Part shown: positions 26,612 to 41,551 of the stretch, piece after piece
Layout of the letters: the number at the start of each line of letters is the position of its first letter
How positions within the stretch are numbered: the first letter of the stretch is position 1
Source of the DNA: the human T2T-CHM13v2.0 reference genome, Homo sapiens
NCBI RefSeq assembly: GCF_009914755.1
Contig: NC_060925.1
DNA length: 64,000 nucleotides
Strand: one strand, 5' to 3'
Position numbers and translations under genes: made by a program
Notes under the pieces: generated by a model
Told to the model about the DNA's origin: nothing
Databases searched by the model: none
Seen by the model: only the letters and a program-made list of their open reading frames with translations

Positions 26612-27147
26612 TATATCTAATTGTCCTGATATCTGTTAATGAAAACAAACCACCCCAAAACTGAGTGGCCTAAAACAAAAAGCATTTTTCTATATTTCAC
26701 AATTTTGTGGGATAGGAATTTGGACGAGGCTCAGCTGAGTTCTCCCTCTGTTCCACAGGGTGTTGGTAAAAGTCATTTGGCTGCATCTCACCAGTGGCTG
26801 GTCTAGTCTGGAGGGTACTGATTTTAGTCTTGCAGGAATGGCTAGAAGGCTAGGCTTAGCTGTAACTGTCAAGCAGAATGTCTACATCACGTGTCTCTAG
26901 CCAGAAAGTATTGGGGTAGAGATTACTCACATGGGAGCTCAGGGCTGCAAGAGTAAGTGTTCTCATAAATGAGGTAGATGGGGTATGACCTTTTATGACA
27001 CAGTCTCTGAAAGCACAGAGTGTCACATGTACCACACTGTATTGGTCAGAGTAGTCATGATTTCAACCAAGGGATGGGAACATGGGCACCACCTCTTCAT
27101 GGGAAGATGTCAGAGAATGTGAGGCCAAGTTTTAAAATCCCCCATAT
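26612..27147 (-). mobile_element. MLT1 (F/G/H-like) LTR
   Basis: aacaaaccaccccaaaactgagtggcctaaaacaa...tcacaattttgtggga...ttttaaaatccccca. Confidence 0.7.
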
Positions 27148-27199
27148 AACACATACTAAACATCTACTACACACCCAGTGCTATTCTAGATAATGTAGA

Positions 27200-28190
27200 T
27201 ATATTATCAAGATGATACCTCCTGCCTGGGCCTCTTCCTTGAACTCTAAACCCACCTATGTAGACCCCCTAAACATATTACGTCTAAAACCAATTCCTAA
27301 TCTGCTTTCAAACCTGCTCTGTGTTAAGTCATCTTGGTAAACCTTGATTCCACTCTTCCAGATGTTCCAGCTTTACAAGTTGGAGTCATCAACAATTTTC
27401 TTTTTTTTTTTTTTGTCTAATCCATTAGTAAATCCTGCTGACCCTACCTTTAATCTATTTCCAGCATCTGACCACTTCTAGCCACTTCATTGCTAAGACT
27501 GGTCTGAGCCACCAACCTCTCTTGCTTGGATTACTGCAATAATCTCCTACCTGGTCAGCCAGCTTCTGCACTTTCTGTCCCTAGTATCTATTTTCAAAAC
27601 AGTAGTCAGATGATCCTTTTAAAATGTAAGCTGGATTGCGTCATTGCCTGGTCCACAATGCCCAGGTGGCTCTCCATTTCGCTCAGAGGAAATGCTTGAG
27701 TTTCAACAATGGCCTCCAGGGCCCTATATCATCTGACCCCACTCTCTGAACACTCCTTCACTTCCTCCAGCTCCAGTCATTCCTTGAAACACCCACGACC
27801 TTCTGCCTCAGGGCGTTTATATCTGCTGTTACTTCTCTGTAGAATGTTCTTCTCTAAGATATCCACACAGCCCATTAATTCCTATACCTTTTCCAAGTTT
27901 CTGCTCAAATGCCACCTTCCATTGACACCTTTCTTGAAATGGTCTCATTGAAAATAGCAGTCCCTCTTCCTGCCTGACCATCCTTATACCCTTCCCTGCT
28001 TTGTGTATCTACATTGCAGTTACTGCCATTTGACCCATATATAGATTTTTTTGTCTTCTCTCACTAGAATATGAGGTTTAGGAAGGCAGGTATCTTCAAC
28101 CGTTTGGTTCACTGCTGCATCTGCAGCACCAAAGCAGGACCTGACCACACAAACCACGTCCTCAATAAATATATATTGAATAAATGAATA
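27200..28190 (+). mobile_element. L2 3' region
   Basis: Ends with the L2 tail ctcaataaatatatattgaataaatgaa. Confidence 0.75.
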
Positions 28191-28991
28191 TTTTGTTAAT
28201 TTTAAAAAATGAAACCAATCCTTCTTTCAAGATGAGAAACCACTCTTATTTCTCTCTTGATTTTTTTCTCTCTCTGAGCAGTGAAAGTTATATAATCATA
28301 TTAGCTTATCCCATAAAAATGTGATTAGCTAACAAACATGCTCTTTTGTACATTTTTGTCTAATTTGCCTAACATTCTTCCTGCTGTCCTATTGTAATCC
28401 TTGCTAGCGATGCTTGGCTTATAGTTGGCACTGACACATGTAAGCTCATGTCCCAGCTCTGCTGCCAGTGGTATGATACTGAGCAAGTGATAACATTGTC
28501 AGTTACCTCATCTACAATAAATGGGGCAATGGCATAGACCACACTGTATTGTCATCAGATAAACTGAAATAATGGATGCCAGTGCGGATCCTGGCCCATC
28601 AGAGATGGGGAAAATGTAAGTCAGTTTCCTTTTCTTACAAGCACGCTAAATCTATTCAGCCTGGCACTTTCCCGTCAAGGAGGAGTTTCTTAAAAATTGC
28701 TAAGTGGTATGGTCGAGGTGGGGGTGGCGGGGAGAACTCAGAGGAGGGAGATGAAGTCATACCAACATGCCCCTGCTCACCCCTTTCCAAAACTCAGCTA
28801 TTTGGACTGGAGTGATTTGCCACAGAGAGAAACATGCCCTTTGCCCTGAGACAAAGGGGAGCTTTTCCTGACCAGCAAAAGCTAAAATGGATCCTCTGCC
28901 CTGATTTAAAACCAAACTTGTGGGTGAGAAGCCACATGATTCATGGGAGAAAATGACTTGACTCCAAATATATAATAAAAAGTATGGAAGC

Positions 28992-28992
<1 letters not shown>

Positions 28993-29039
<47 letters not shown>
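28993..29039. repeat. (CA)~23 microsatellite in FYB2 intron 1, ~0.8 kb from exon 1
   Basis: Uninterrupted CA run. Confidence 0.98.
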
Positions 29040-29041
<2 letters not shown>

Positions 29042-29820
29042 CACACGCACATCAAAAGAAACTGACTTACTGAAGACGGAAATAGAGGAGAGTGGAGAAT
29101 TGGAGAAGGAAAAAGGAAGATGTGGTCAGTCAGGCAAGACGTCTCCAACTGTGCCAACAGCACTCAGCCATCCAAGGGGCAGGGAATGCTGGCGTAGGGC
29201 AGGATACTTTTCCATACATCTCTATTTATACAAGCACCTCTGATAGTCTCACAAAGTAGTTATTGTACCAGTAATTCTCTTTCATGAGTGAGGGACCCAG
29301 GGCTCAGGATGACGGACACACTTGCCCCAGGCCACACAGTTAACAAGGAGCAGAACCCGGTCTAGAGCCACAAGCCACAAAAGAGCAATGCACAGCCGGC
29401 TTCCTAGCACCAAGCACTGCTCTCTGACCAGGAGGCCCGCTAATCACTGCAGAGGCCAGATACAGTCCACAAGGGCAAGTAAACACAGAGAGAAGCCAGC
29501 GGGCGCTTCAACGGAGGATCTGGGAATAGGTCAGGAGTCCAGCTGGCTGGGTAGAGCTAGGCCACATGCTGTCATTCCTCAGCACCTCCTGTCCCCTCAC
29601 ACTCCAGGTGGCACAGGACATGGCACACTCCTCTTCCCTCCCACCCGCCCTGAGCAAAGCCAGTGTGAGCAGAAATGCACTGGCTGACACCTGACATGTT
29701 TATTCCTGCCCAGGAGGCAGCACACACAAGCAGTTTTTCCCCAGGGCTCTCAAGTGGGAGGAACTTGTCCTGCAAGAAAAGACACACAGAAAGCCAGCAA
29801 CAAAACTGAGACAGCCTTAC

Positions 29821-29829
29821 CCCTTCCAT
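29821..29829 (-). CDS. FYB2: FYB2 exon 1 coding part (Met-Glu-Gly); 5'UTR extends rightward
   Basis: Minus strand reads gaaagcaATGGAAGGG|gtaagg: good Kozak context and a canonical phase-0 donor. It joins exon 2 in frame to give MEG-EGVRNF. Intron 1 is 3340-29820 (26,481 nt). Confidence 0.92.
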
Positions 29830-30400
29830 TGCTTTCCTCCAAGGCAGAGTCAGGGAAACAAGCCCAGCCTCTCAGAGCTGGGTCCTGGGGCCAACAATCC
29901 GCTTTCCTCTGTCTCTGCTAGCCAGGGAGCAATCACTTCCCACAGGACACACCTGAGCCCAGGCTCCCCACCTGCCCCATCTGGGCCGAGGCTCCTCCCT
30001 TGCCTGGGGCTGGGCCAGGGCCGGCCGCCATCCTCCCAGCTTGGCTTAGACCAGCACCTGCAGGGGACTGGGGAGAGTACTCCACCTGCAGTCCTGCCAA
30101 GCCCACCTCTTCTCAGCAAGCGGCTCTTCCCGTTGCTCCCCTCCGGCTGGTCTGACAGTCACTCACTCTCCAGGGCATTTGTGCCCAGGCAGCAGGAGCT
30201 GTGAAGGAATGGGGATGGCAGGCTCCTGTTAGTACAGACCATGCAGGCTGGACAGTGTGATCCCCGTTAGTAACAACCTCTGCCAGCTCCGCCCCTGCAG
30301 ACGGCTACTTAATTTCACAAACCCTTTCTCACGGTCAGGGAAACCAAAGCCCAGCAGGACAGCATGCCTAAGCCCACAGGGGGATTTAGTGGAGGCCAGA
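29830..30400 (-). promoter_or_regulatory. FYB2: FYB2 5'UTR and proximal promoter (exact TSS not determinable)
   Basis: GC-rich, repeat-free stretch with retained CpGs directly upstream of the ATG. YY1-like AGGATGGCGGC on the minus strand near 30024-30034. Confidence 0.65.
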
Positions 30401-30471
30401 AAAGGAGTTAACATAAAGGAGCACCCTGTTTTTGGCCTGGTGTTTATTGAGGCATTTGGATTCCCATTTTA

Positions 30472-30825
<354 letters not shown>

Positions 30826-31152
30826 TCACATAGGTAGTAACTAGAAGAGCCAGGGTTGGAACCCAGATCTGGCTGACTCTAAAGTGATTTTATTTTGCTG
30901 GGGTTATTTTTGTTTGTTTGTTTTTCTGACAGAGCTGGAGATGGAAACCCAAACCTCAGTTGCCAGTTTTGGGGCTTTCAGCTCTCCCGGGGTTGGGGAT
31001 GGGCAGAGTGGGTGGCCTGCGCCCTGCTTTATGTGTAACCGGTGTGACTTTTCTTGCTTTGTCAAGTTCTTAGAAATCTTCTCCTGTCCTGACCAGGGAG
31101 AGGCGGGGTGGAGCACAGGTGAGGAGACCCCGCCTGAGGGCCATTTCCTCTA

Positions 31153-31290
31153 ACAGGTGATTCCCAAACCTGGCTGATCACCAGAGCTGCCTGGGAATCT
31201 ATCAAAAATACAGGATTCAAGTCCCAGACAAAACACTGCATCAATGCTTCTGGCCCAGGGACTGGCAGTTTGGGTTTTATAAAAGCCTTT
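31153..31290. mobile_element. MER5-type DNA transposon fragment
   Basis: gtgattcccaaacctggctgatcaccagag...cctgggaatc...aaaatacag. Confidence 0.55.
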
Positions 31291-34200
31291 GAGGTCTATG
31301 TATTTTAAACTTTATTAATGAATGACTCACAGTAAGATGTACCTTTTACATCCTTCCTCAACACACATACACATCAGCTAAAAGAAAAACTCCCCAAAGC
31401 AGTACTCACTCTTACCTTGTGTAATCGTGCTGATATTTTCCATTCTGTTCTGAGCCATGACATGCCATTGAATTAAATAAATGGTAGCACTTTCTTGACT
31501 TCATGACTCTCTGTTTGGCCAACACTGCTGTGTAGACTCTGCTCCCAGTCAGTTGGGGGGCCTATTTCTGAAGCTAAAGGGGACCCAGGCCAAAAGTCAT
31601 CTGTAACTTTCCCTTAGCACTCTGGTTCATGCTCCTATGTGTATAAGTTTGTAAATAAAACAGTGGAGGAAGCTCTCGGGAGAACTTGGAGCCCTCCCCG
31701 CAGTCCCAACTGATAATTGGGCTGTCAAATTCCCTTTGCTCCTAGTGCAAGGGCTCCCCCTAGTGGCCTCAGGCCAGCCTACACTGGCAGAGTGGGTGGA
31801 GCAGGGCAGCAGGACTCTCATCTCCGCCTTCCTGGGAGGTCTGCGCATTTTGCTTTGGTTTCTGGCTAGTTACAGTGCTAGGTCCTAGGCACTAATCACT
31901 GGTAGCTGTTAGGGGTGGGTACTGTTTTGCCAGTCGGCTTAAGAGCTATGACTCTTGGAATGGCAGAGGATCCCTTGCTGTATGTCTTACGATCCTCTAG
32001 GTGCTAAACTCAGTTTCCCCACTAGCTGCTGGTCTTGGGAAAGTCAACTCTGAGATGTATGTTTCTCATCTGTAAAAGTAAACAAGAGTCTGGCAGCGTT
32101 GGCTTAAGGACTAATGGCCATGGGAAAATCTCCTGATAGGGTTGCTTAGCAATGAGTAAACACCAGTAATGTCAGTTCCTCTCTTTCTTTCCCCTCTCCT
32201 CCTCAATGGTTGGTGGCTGTGTCATTGTCAAAGTGCCCATGTAGCACTTGGATATACGAATGAAGTAGCATCATTTTATTTCCCTGTAATAATCCCAGTT
32301 TTCTCATGGGCCCCCATCCCATAAGTGGCAGATCCTTGTATTCATTTGCTATAAGGAGAACTCATACATGACTACATGGGAGGGTGAAGGCAGAAGAGGT
32401 GGGTACAAATTGCTGACATTGTGGGGAAAGTTTTGGATGGGAAATTTGAAGGTTGACCTAAGTTGCAACAGATATCACTACACCTTATGAATAAATATTT
32501 CAATTCAGTAAAGATGTATGAAATCCTGCTATATCCAAGGTGCTTTGGTGACCTCCTGCTAGCTTTAGGCCAGGGCAGATCTTACTGGCCTAAAGCCAGG
32601 AAGGTTCACTTAATCATGTATAAAGAAATGACTGACTGAGCACCTACTGCCTGCTGGGATCAGTGCCCCAGACCTTGCGAGCATCATTTTATTTAGTCCT
32701 TATTATGATCCTAATTTTCCAGCAGAGGAAACTGAGGCACATACAAGTTAAGTCTCCTCTTCAGGTAACACAACCAGTGGAAGATCAGAGACTTCAATCC
32801 AGGAAGGCTGACTTCAGAGACCATGCTCACAGGTGCTCTGTTTGCTTCTATTTAAATCGTAGAGAAATACAGAATCATAAACTCACAGCATTGGAGAGCT
32901 TGAAGGGTTCTTTGAAGCAGTTTTTTCCAAACTCAATTTTGAACGTAGTCTGTGAGAAAGCTTAGCAGATACTTAGGCTGAAGTTTGGCTCAAAATCTTC
33001 TAGATATTTCTAGTTGTTCAAGCCCCTAGTTCCAGTTTGCTCCTCTGCGTAGCAGGGATGACGTGCCATACTCTCCAAAAAGGGCCCATCCATTCTTCGG
33101 GGAACTGAGCAGCAGAAATCAGTATTTCCAGCACATTCTTAATGTTTCCAAACCTTACTTTCAATCTCAGATTCTGCTTGGAGCTCTGCAGTGTCTCCTA
33201 TTATGTCTCAGTCTTTCCTCTCTCAGCAAACATATTACTTACACTTTGTATCATAAGCAATGGTGTGAAACAGAATACCCCGATGTAAAAAAAAAAAAAA
33301 AGGAGCATTTAAAACAGATCTGAAAATGGGAAATCACGTGTCCTCACCTCTTTCTAAGGTAAACTTTGAGCACTGTATGTTATATGATGACAAAGCCAGA
33401 CTGTGTAGATTGATTGTCAGAGTTAGGCTGGTGCTGCTAGAGTAACCTATTATTAATATTATAATTCTTGTTGGTTAGATTAATCATTTCTGAGGATTTC
33501 CAGCACAACATGTAATTTATTTATGTATAATTTATATCCTGACTGCTTTCAAAAGGGAGAGAAGGAAAGATGAAAGAAGTGAAATTTATTGAGAGTCTAT
33601 TGTGTAGCAGGCTACACAGTTGCATATATTTTCTTCTATTCCTCATGACAATGTTGTGAGATAAGAGATGCTATCTCTGGTTGATGAATGAAGAAAGTGA
33701 GGCTCAGAAAGGTTAGGCAGATGTCCTGGCCATGCGGAGAGTACAGTTCTGTTTCTCCATCTGAACTCTGCCCTGCCCTAATCCATTGCTCTTTCCTCCA
33801 TTCCATGGCGGCTGCAAAAGGGGTTGAGGGAGTGGACCATTAAAAAAACAGGTAAAAAGGATGATATGAAATGAAGATAATAGCCATGTAGAAGACAGGG
33901 CAGGTGGGAAGCTAGGAAGGGATGGATAATCAGGACAGAAACATGGGACAATTCGTATAAGGTATACAATTATTTAAAGATAAAATATTTAAGGATAAAA
34001 TGCCTAGAATTATCTTGGAGGTGTGTGGGTTCAAGAAAGGTCTTACTTCCATTTTACCAGTTTTTGAAAAACATTTAATCCAGCTGATCTCTCCTTTGCC
34101 TTGAATGAAGCTCGCATCTCAATTTTGTGCTCATCTAAGTAAACATCTTAATAAGTGTGTAATAATATAGTAAGAGCTTTTTTGAAGGATGCTAAGCAAA

Positions 34201-34687
34201 CATGACCAAGACAAGTTGCTTTTCTTTTAATTGTCTTTTAATAAGAATCTCAGCACCTGCTTTGAGCCAGGTGCTGTGCTTGGAGCTAGGGATGTAGCAA
34301 CCCTTTTGGTTCTTGTAAAGAAATGGTCTTCCCCCACTAATGCCAGTTACATTATGTATGCATCACTCAGATGAATTATTAAGATGTTTTCTGATATGCT
34401 TGTCTTGTTGAGATCAAAGGAACGCCATTCCTCTGTGGGGAGAAGATGGGGCTTGCCTGGAAGTAAGAAATCTTTTCCAATGTCAATCACTCCCATGTTC
34501 CATCATCCAGAAAAGTGAGTCTTTAGACAGAAAACTCAAGCAGGGAACCCCCGTCTCTCTTTGGGTTTGTTTTTCTTGGGTCTGGACTTCAAGGCATAGA
34601 CATACCACATGAAAGCCATGTTTAGAGGCTCAGAGTACTAGGATGTAGGAGTGGTAGGTCTCTCCACAAAATCCGCAGGTCAGTTGG

Positions 34688-34993
34688 TATCTTAGTCTGT
34701 TTGTGCTGCTACAGCAAAATACCTTAACTGTGTAATTTGTAAACAGCACAAATTTATTGCTCACAGTCGAGGAGTCTGGAGCAAGATGACTGCAGTTTTT
34801 GTGTCTCGTGAGGGCCACATATCTGGTGAGGGCCGGTCTCTGCTTCCAAGATGGCGCCTTGAACACTGCATCCTCCAGAGAACAGAAGGGCTCAAAAAGG
34901 CCCAGCTAGTTCTCTCTGGCTCTTTCATAAGGTATAAATCTCTTAAGGTTCAACATAAATTTTGGAGGAGACACAAACATTCAAACCATAGCA
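34688..34993 (-). mobile_element. MST/MLT1A-type MaLR LTR, internally deleted
   Basis: cttagtctgtttgtgctgcta...ttccaagatggcgccttg...aaacattcaaaccatagca. Confidence 0.8.
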
Positions 34994-37900
34994 ATTGGTA
35001 TGTGACTTATGACTCATAATTTAGGTAGCTGATTTCACATATGTTGGAAAGTTCTATCAAAGTCTAAGAGTTTGAACTGTTTCTCCTTATGAGGAGTTGG
35101 GGAGGCATAGCTTCTCTCTCACACTCTTGCACACTCCCTTGCATGGACTTAAGGCAGGTATGTGCACATCCCAGTGTTTGCAAAGGCATGGCTCCTGCTC
35201 TCAGGAGTTGCTGTTTCCGACCCTTTGTCATCCTGAAAGCAGCCCTAGGGATCGTACCTCCTTTTCTGCTTTAATGTCTATTTTTCTTCCTCATGTAGCT
35301 ACATTTACAGAGTGGCCAGCAGCCCAGGCTCACACTGCCAAGAGCTGGTGTGACAGCTTATAGGGAGGTGGGATGTGGCAGGCCCCACTACCATGGCCCC
35401 ATGTGACAGATCTCAGTTGGCTAGTTCTGAATGAGGATGCTGGATGAAGACAAGCCATTTGGCCTTTGTTCATATTGCAAGGTAAGAGTCCTTTGTCATC
35501 AAAATGAAGGGCTCTTGGGAAAGGAGGTGGCCTGTGTCAATGAGATCCTGTTTCCCATTGTCTCCTAGAGCAGAAGATGCTACTCAAGCCACAGGGGAAC
35601 AATCTGCATGCACATCAGCCAGGCGGAACTGAGCATGGAGGTCAGTGTATTCATTCAAAGGCATCTATTGCTGTGGCAGTTAATCACCTATATAAACATT
35701 TGTAGAATTGAATGACCTCATTTGATGCTCACAGCCAGCTAATAAAGAAGGCAGGGCACATAATGAGTCTCCATTTTACAAATGACAGAATAGCAGCTCA
35801 GAGAAAGGATTTCATCAGGGCAGGATTTGGGGAGTGTGGCATGTGGAAGAGGAGGAGGGAGTTGGGAGGTCTAGAGAAGAGTGCTATAAACAAGCAACAG
35901 AACCTGGAAGCTCCACGCTTGATGTGGTCACCCTGCTCACCTGCTCCCTTCCTTTCTCTTGGCTTCCACCTGCATCCTGCCCATGCCCACATCCATGTCT
36001 CTTCATCCATTCAGGAAATGCTTACCTAATTTCCACTATGGTCTAGGTTAGGCCAAGATACACAGCGGGGAACAAAATTCACACTATTCTCACCCTACGG
36101 AACCTGTAGTCTAGTTAGGGTGTAAGGCACTAAACAAACAGCTGAATCATATGAGTACTCATACCCTCAAGTGCCATGAAAAAAATAGGGAATACAATAA
36201 CAAGCGCCCCCACTTTGTCAAAGACAGTCATGAAGTCCGGTCATTCCTGAATGTACTTACTCATTCATCCAACACATGTTTATTGAACACCTACTCAGTG
36301 TGTTGGGCTAGGCTTTGTTCTATGGATTGAGGACTCACAGTGACCCACAAAACCAACTACCTGCTGCATTTCTCCCTTGGGTGTTTCATAGATACCTCAA
36401 ACTAAACAAGACCATAATTTAATCAATGATCTGACCCCCAAACCTGCTCCAAGCAGCATCAAGCTCATCCTCTTTCCTGAGCAGAAAACCTGGACTTTCC
36501 TGACTCCCATTGATCCTTCACCTCTCAAGTGCAGTGGACTACGCCTCACTCAACAGCGTTCAGTGAGCATGCCTGCTAGGCACGCATTCCCACAGTGGGT
36601 GCCCGATGGTCACTGGCACAAAGTAGGCATAATCTTTGCATCAAGGGAATGAGAGTCTAGCTTCACCTCAGGAGATGACTAGACCTCAGAAACATCCCTT
36701 CAATCAATGTGGTTCCCTCATTCCCCTCTATGGAGGGTTGTAGGTTTAGTCCTGGGAGGGGTACCCCCTGCCTTCAATCCCCCACCTCACACCAAATGAG
36801 TCTTCTTAGTTTTACCTGATTGATCTTCCCAAGACAAATCTGACCATGACACTCCACCATGGAAAACATCCTCTAACTCTCTAATGCCTACAGGGGCAAG
36901 TCCAAATCCTTCCCAGGACATACAAGACTCTTTAGAATCAGCCCCTTGGTGCTTCTCCAGCCTTGGCTCCCATCACTGGGCTCCCTATACTTGCTAGACT
37001 GAATTTCTTCATTTCTGAGCTCTCCATGCTGCATCTGGCCTCTGGATGTTGGCCTATCCCATTTTCTCTACCTGGAATGCTGTCCCTTGCATACCTGTTA
37101 CCCACCTGTGCCATGTCCCTTAACCTTCCAGAGCTAGTGCCAGTGATGCCCCTGCATTGAGCCTTCTCTGATGACAGCAGAAGGTGATTTACTTAGTTCT
37201 GTATTTCCACAGTTCCTTCATCATTCATCCCATAATTGGTCTTGCAACAACACAACTGGTTTTATTCCTATCCATATGGTAGCCTCTGTGAGTCCTTCAT
37301 AAACTCACCACCCTCCCAAGTATTTCTGAGGATCTTCAAAGGCAGTTTCCCAAGGGCCCCCAAGTCCGACTGTCAGCTGGACCCATCACAAGTGGCATTC
37401 ACCATGGTCTTTCTTTCCAGCTCCAATCCAGGGCCCACAAAGCTGTTGGAGGAATTTCACTACTGCCACCAGAGGCCATCCATTATGACAACACCAGTGT
37501 TCTTGTGTGGGCTTGCATCAGACTAGGCATGAAGAACTTCTGGTGCATAAACTCATTTTATTTTCACAACAACTGTGAGTGGGCACTCACCCCCCATTTT
37601 ACAGATGAGAAAGCCAAGACCCAGGGAAATGAGGGTCACGCAGATCAGGTTAAAAGGCTGGTCAGTGGGAGGGCTGGGGTTTGCCTTTGGTCAGCCCCAT
37701 CCAGAACATGTATTCTTACCTGCTGTGCATGGGCCATACACTGAGCCTCTGGACTCCAGCTCAGCTCACCACCTTGCCTTTGTCCCTCTGCCCATGTGCC
37801 TGTCTCTGTCAAGTAGGCAGTGGGGCCTTCAAGGGCAGAAATTTGTTCTTACTCATTCTCTACCTAGCTCAGTGCTAACCCTACAATAACTGGTTTGTTT

Positions 37901-38759
37901 TTTTTTTTTTTTTTTTTTTTTTAATAAACATGTTACCTTTCTGGTGAGATTTCATTTGGTGGGATTATTTTCCTTTTCTCATTTTAGGTCTAAGCTTCTT
38001 CTCAATAGCTGGTCAGCCTCATTTACAGCCAAGGCTTTAGAAGGACCAAAGTGATTTGAGAGATGTATGGGTCAGGAAAGGGTAGAACCATCCTCCACTG
38101 TAGTGGGAGCGTTAACTGCTGGCCATTCCCAGATCCCTTTTAAATGCCTGGTTTCTATTCATTTGGCCTCCAGACCAATATGGAAATATAATAATGCTCT
38201 GGGCAGCATTGAGGAGACCATGCGGCCATGTGCTGGCCTCATGCATAGGGGAGCATTTCTGCAGCCAGCCTGTTATCCAAATCTTCCACTTTGGCCATGA
38301 ATGTGCATCTTCTCATCATGTGCAAATTGCACTGGGCTCTAGGAATAACTGTAAATTGGCCTCACTCTGGCTAAAGTCACATATGAGACCTGAAGAGCAG
38401 AAGGATAATGGATCCTTTGCCATTGTCCTAAGGGCCCCTGCCAACACTCTCAGTTTTTCTGGATTCTCTAACTGTTCTGATTGTGATGATCTCACTCCAC
38501 ACCCAGTATCTCACCATCTGTCAGTGACACAGATGCTATGCAGGACTTGAGTGTGGGTTAACTTGAACAAGAGGACTGGGGATGGGGAACCTAGTTAGGA
38601 AAAGTGGATAACTTTCCCAGAGCCATGAAAGTGTCTTGGAAAGTATAAATATAAACATGATTTATGATAAGTAAACATGTTTCTCCATTCACCCATTCAC
38701 TGGTTTTATTATTAAACCGACCATTCTCAGGAACTCCTGGATGGGGAGATGAGCTGATG

Positions 38760-39230
38760 TATCTGCCAGGGTCCAGTTAGGAAAACAGAAATCTTTCTAC
38801 ATATTGGAAGCAGGAAATTTAATATGGACAATTGGTTACACCAGGAGAGCTGTGAGGATACCCAGGGATTAGCAAGAGCTGGGAGCCACTAAGCTACAGG
38901 GACAAATTGGAGGTGGTGTATTAGGGTCTAGGAGCTAGAATCACTCAGAGGAAGCGTGAGAATCAGTAAGGGAAAGTAATGGCCACCTCTACCTTCTGAG
39001 GCTTCTAGAGAAGAGAAGAAGTACCCTGGCTTCTTCCTTCCTCCCATCTTTCAGTAGTCTCCTGTGAGTGCCTTCCATTGGCCAAGCCCAGACAGAAGCC
39101 AACTGATGCAGAAGCCTGAGACCTGCAGCCTGTAGGGGTCAGAGGTCCTGCCATATGGGGGAGAACAAGGCAGGGCTGAAGAATGCATCTGTGGGCAACC
39201 TCTCTCATGGCAGGCATAAGGGATACACAT
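38760..39230 (-). mobile_element. Old ERVL LTR (LTR33-family-like)
   Basis: cagggtccagttaggaaaacagaa... and ttccattggccaagcccagacagaagcc wording. Confidence 0.5.
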
Positions 39231-40689
39231 AATACAAGAGAAAACAGTAAATACCATAATTGACTTTTCTTAAGCCACTAGAGCAAAATAGAAGGAGCAA
39301 TGATGTCCTTTTTTTGTGGAAGGAAAGGGTTCAGAAAGCTTTTTGGAGGAGATAGCATGAGCTGGGTCTTGATGAGGCATGAGAGTTTGACATGAAAGCA
39401 GGGAGAGGCTGTTTCAGAAGAGGCAACAGTGTGATCGGGGCACAGCTTCTGGAATGGGTCTGGCATTCTCAGGGAGCAGAGAGAACTCTGGCTCTGGCAG
39501 AAGTGCAGGGTGTGTCAGGAAAGCCATCCCAGGAGGGAAAGACTACACATCCCAGAATGTGTAGCCACAATGCGCGCTTTGAATTGTGTGCTGAGGACTT
39601 CAGATTTAGCCTGTAGGCTGGGAGAATTCTGCTGCAGGGTGGCTGAAAGAGGGTGGTCCAGATCATCTTGGATGTAGGGGAAGAGTGTGACACCCTGCCG
39701 CCTTCCTGTGTCTCCTTCTCCTCCCTGCTCTTCCTCCTCCTCTTCTATTAAGCAAATGGAAAACTCATGCACCCTCCTGAGTGTTTGCTCTTCAACATTT
39801 ATTCTAATGCCGGGATCCAAAATATTTTTGTAACTCTCCATGGACAGTTGCCTTCAGATCCTAAGATATGTTATTTAAGAAGACAAATCTTTGCTTTGGA
39901 TTTGCAAACATAGATTCAGTTGTGGTTTTCTTTTCTTCTTTTTCATTTTTTTGAAACATTACAGGGGCTTGGGAATTAAATCAGATGCATAATTCAGTTG
40001 ATCAAGCCATTATGCTTTTTGTTAAAATTGAGGCATAATTAATACGAATTGAGCTGTGGCTCAAATATTCATTGGAATATGAAGTTCACCTCTCCAGGTG
40101 ACTGCTCAGAAGAGCAGTACTCATTCGAATATCTAAGTAGTCTGTTTAAAAAATCAGTCTCATGATTTTATGATTAAGTATCATATGATTTACCTTAGGC
40201 ATGAAGAGCAGAGGAGAAGAAAAATCCCTCCCATTTGTACAGAACCTTATGCTTTCTAAAACACTTGCACAAAATCAAAGGACAATACAAAGAAATAAAG
40301 AGGGAGGAAAAGCAGAAGAGCAAGGAATTAAATTATTCTTACAAAACTTTAAAAAAAAAAACACTGCACTGTCAAGAGAGACAGGAAGTCAAAATCTGAG
40401 CATATTTCAAGAAGTCGATATCTGAGGATATTTTAGGAAACTCATTGTCAGAGGTTAGGAAGTTGAAACCCATAATGTCCAGTTAACTTACAGATTTCTG
40501 AAAGGTTAAATGACCATTCTGAGTGATCACAAAATAATATTAACCATCTACCCCTACAACTTCTTTCTTACGTCAAGGGAAAAAAAACATACCAATTGTG
40601 GCACCCATTTTTGGTAGACTCGCTAGAATACACTTATCCCTGCTCCCCTTTCCCTCGGCTTTAAAACATTATTAAAAAAAAAAATGTGT

Positions 40690-41551
<862 letters not shown>

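Noticed and set aside
29572-29829. 85-aa ORF MEGVRLSQF...
   Set aside because: FYB2 start codon reading through the exon 1 donor into intron 1.
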